DNA of 63,770 nucleotides, counting the filler, from Reticulomyxa filosa (Eukaryota > Protista > Foraminifera): NCBI GenBank assembly GCA_000512085.1. It is 16 parts of 16 records of this genome, joined end to end, with 100 filler letters (N's around TTAATTAATTAA, not from the genome) between each part and the next. Parts side by side here need not be neighbours in the genome. Positions count along the whole stretch, not along the records: positions 62,771 to 63,770 come from ASPP01040652.1; 15 more parts are not named here. One strand, 5' to 3'. The notes beneath the pieces are model-generated. The model was not told where the DNA came from, searched no databases, and saw nothing but the letters and a program-made list of their open reading frames with translations. This document shows positions 62,777-63,770 of this stretch, piece by piece (position 1 is the first letter of the stretch; each line of letters begins with the position of its first letter). The translations under genes were made by a program, and so were the position numbers.

Positions 62777-63740
62777 GTGATATCTTTGTTCGTTTTTACT
62801 CCTTGGATGTTCTTTTTTTTTTCTCGCTACGTATTGTTGAAAGACCGGGCTTTCATCCGCCAACGGCATTTTCGACTGATAATAGCGGCACAATTTCTAT
62901 TGTTTACAGTGACAACAATAGAGCGGCCGTTAGCCTTTCTGTTGTATGTGAGCGGAGTGGAGCAATACAGTGCAGTGGGAGTGATTAAGAATATATTATG
63001 GAGTATATGTTATGTTGGGATAATGATAATAGTATGTTGGAGATATTGGATATTTTACTGCGACATTGACATCTACCAAAACTCGATCAATCGAGATTGG
63101 AGAGACATTATCAATCCAACCTCGGCCAGAAACCCAAGTTTTGTAATTAAGCATATTCGCACATATGCGAATGCTCGATGGTGTGCACTTCGGCTCGCTG
63201 TCCTTTACATTGTTTTAGTTGCTGTTCAGATCATGTTCCAAACTATATATTTTATATCAATAAAAAAACAAAAACAAAAACAAAAAAAAATTATATATGT
63301 GTATGTGTATGCATATGTGTATATGTATATAATGTATGTAAATTTTTTTATAGTTGTGTACGTATAAAAAAAAAAAAAAAAGTTTGATGTATTCTTACAA
63401 TGTAAATCCGTATGTTGTGTATGTTAACGTGAAATGAACCATAAGATTATTTGCAGCTGGGGATGCTGTGGCTGGGAGTATCAGCACGGGCATAATGTAC
63501 ATAATAGTAATGGCAGTTGTAACGACAGTCTGGTTTAAAATTCCAAGAAACGAAGAATATGCAGATGTGTTTGCAATCCGGCAAGAACTGAAGAACATTT
63601 TAATTTTGATCCTGTTTTCGTTCATTGTTGCTTTTTTCCTTTATGTTATCAGCAGCGTCTATACATCAGCTTGGGCCCTCCTCATTTGTTTGGATATTAT
63701 TCCTTGCATCGGAATTTTCTGTTTTGTCATATGTTTTTTT
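62777..63740 (+). CDS. Multi-pass (7TM-like) membrane protein resembling the receptor half of 7TM-RGS proteins, fragment
   Basis: FIRQR after TM1, WRYWIFY, several hydrophobic helices, and DVFAIRQEL (63564-63590) before a TM helix. Confidence 0.55.
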
Positions 63741-63770
63741 TTTTTTTCAACAAAAAAAAGTATTTCGCTA

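Noticed and set aside
1-63770. tRNA, rRNA, CRISPR arrays or prokaryotic defence operons
   Set aside because: None were recognisable by eye. A tRNAscan/Infernal run would be needed to exclude small RNA genes.

Overview
This window is not one locus. It is 16 unrelated contigs joined by an artificial 100-bp spacer (N44-TTAATTAATTAA-N44). Fifteen contigs are AT-rich, intron-containing protist DNA with GT-AG introns full of (TA)n and poly-T/poly-A, many apparent homopolymer frameshift errors and many decayed genes. The style suggests a rhizarian/foraminiferan such as Reticulomyxa, which is inference only. One contig (27054-28769) is GC-rich bacterial DNA carrying an MFS transporter, a TauD/TfdA dioxygenase and a serine hydrolase. 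Recognisable eukaryotic genes are an Mtr4-type helicase, an EDR2-like protein, a ceramide synthase, Rpn2, CHMP1, a WWE-zinc finger protein, LSD1/KDM1, a YeeE/YedE sulfur transporter beside a UreH/NiCoT-like transporter, a BRO1 protein, a 2xRRM protein, GT92, PP2A-B56, a trypsin-like pseudo-protease and a 7TM protein. There are also LINE relics and a 296-bp inverted repeat. The best candidate for an undescribed system is the intronless 1888-aa NLR-like gene at 7032-12698. It has NACHT, HEAT-like repeat and ankyrin regions, and its C-terminus carries His/Asp/Gln/Cys residues ordered and spaced like a CE-clan (Ulp1-like) cysteine protease.
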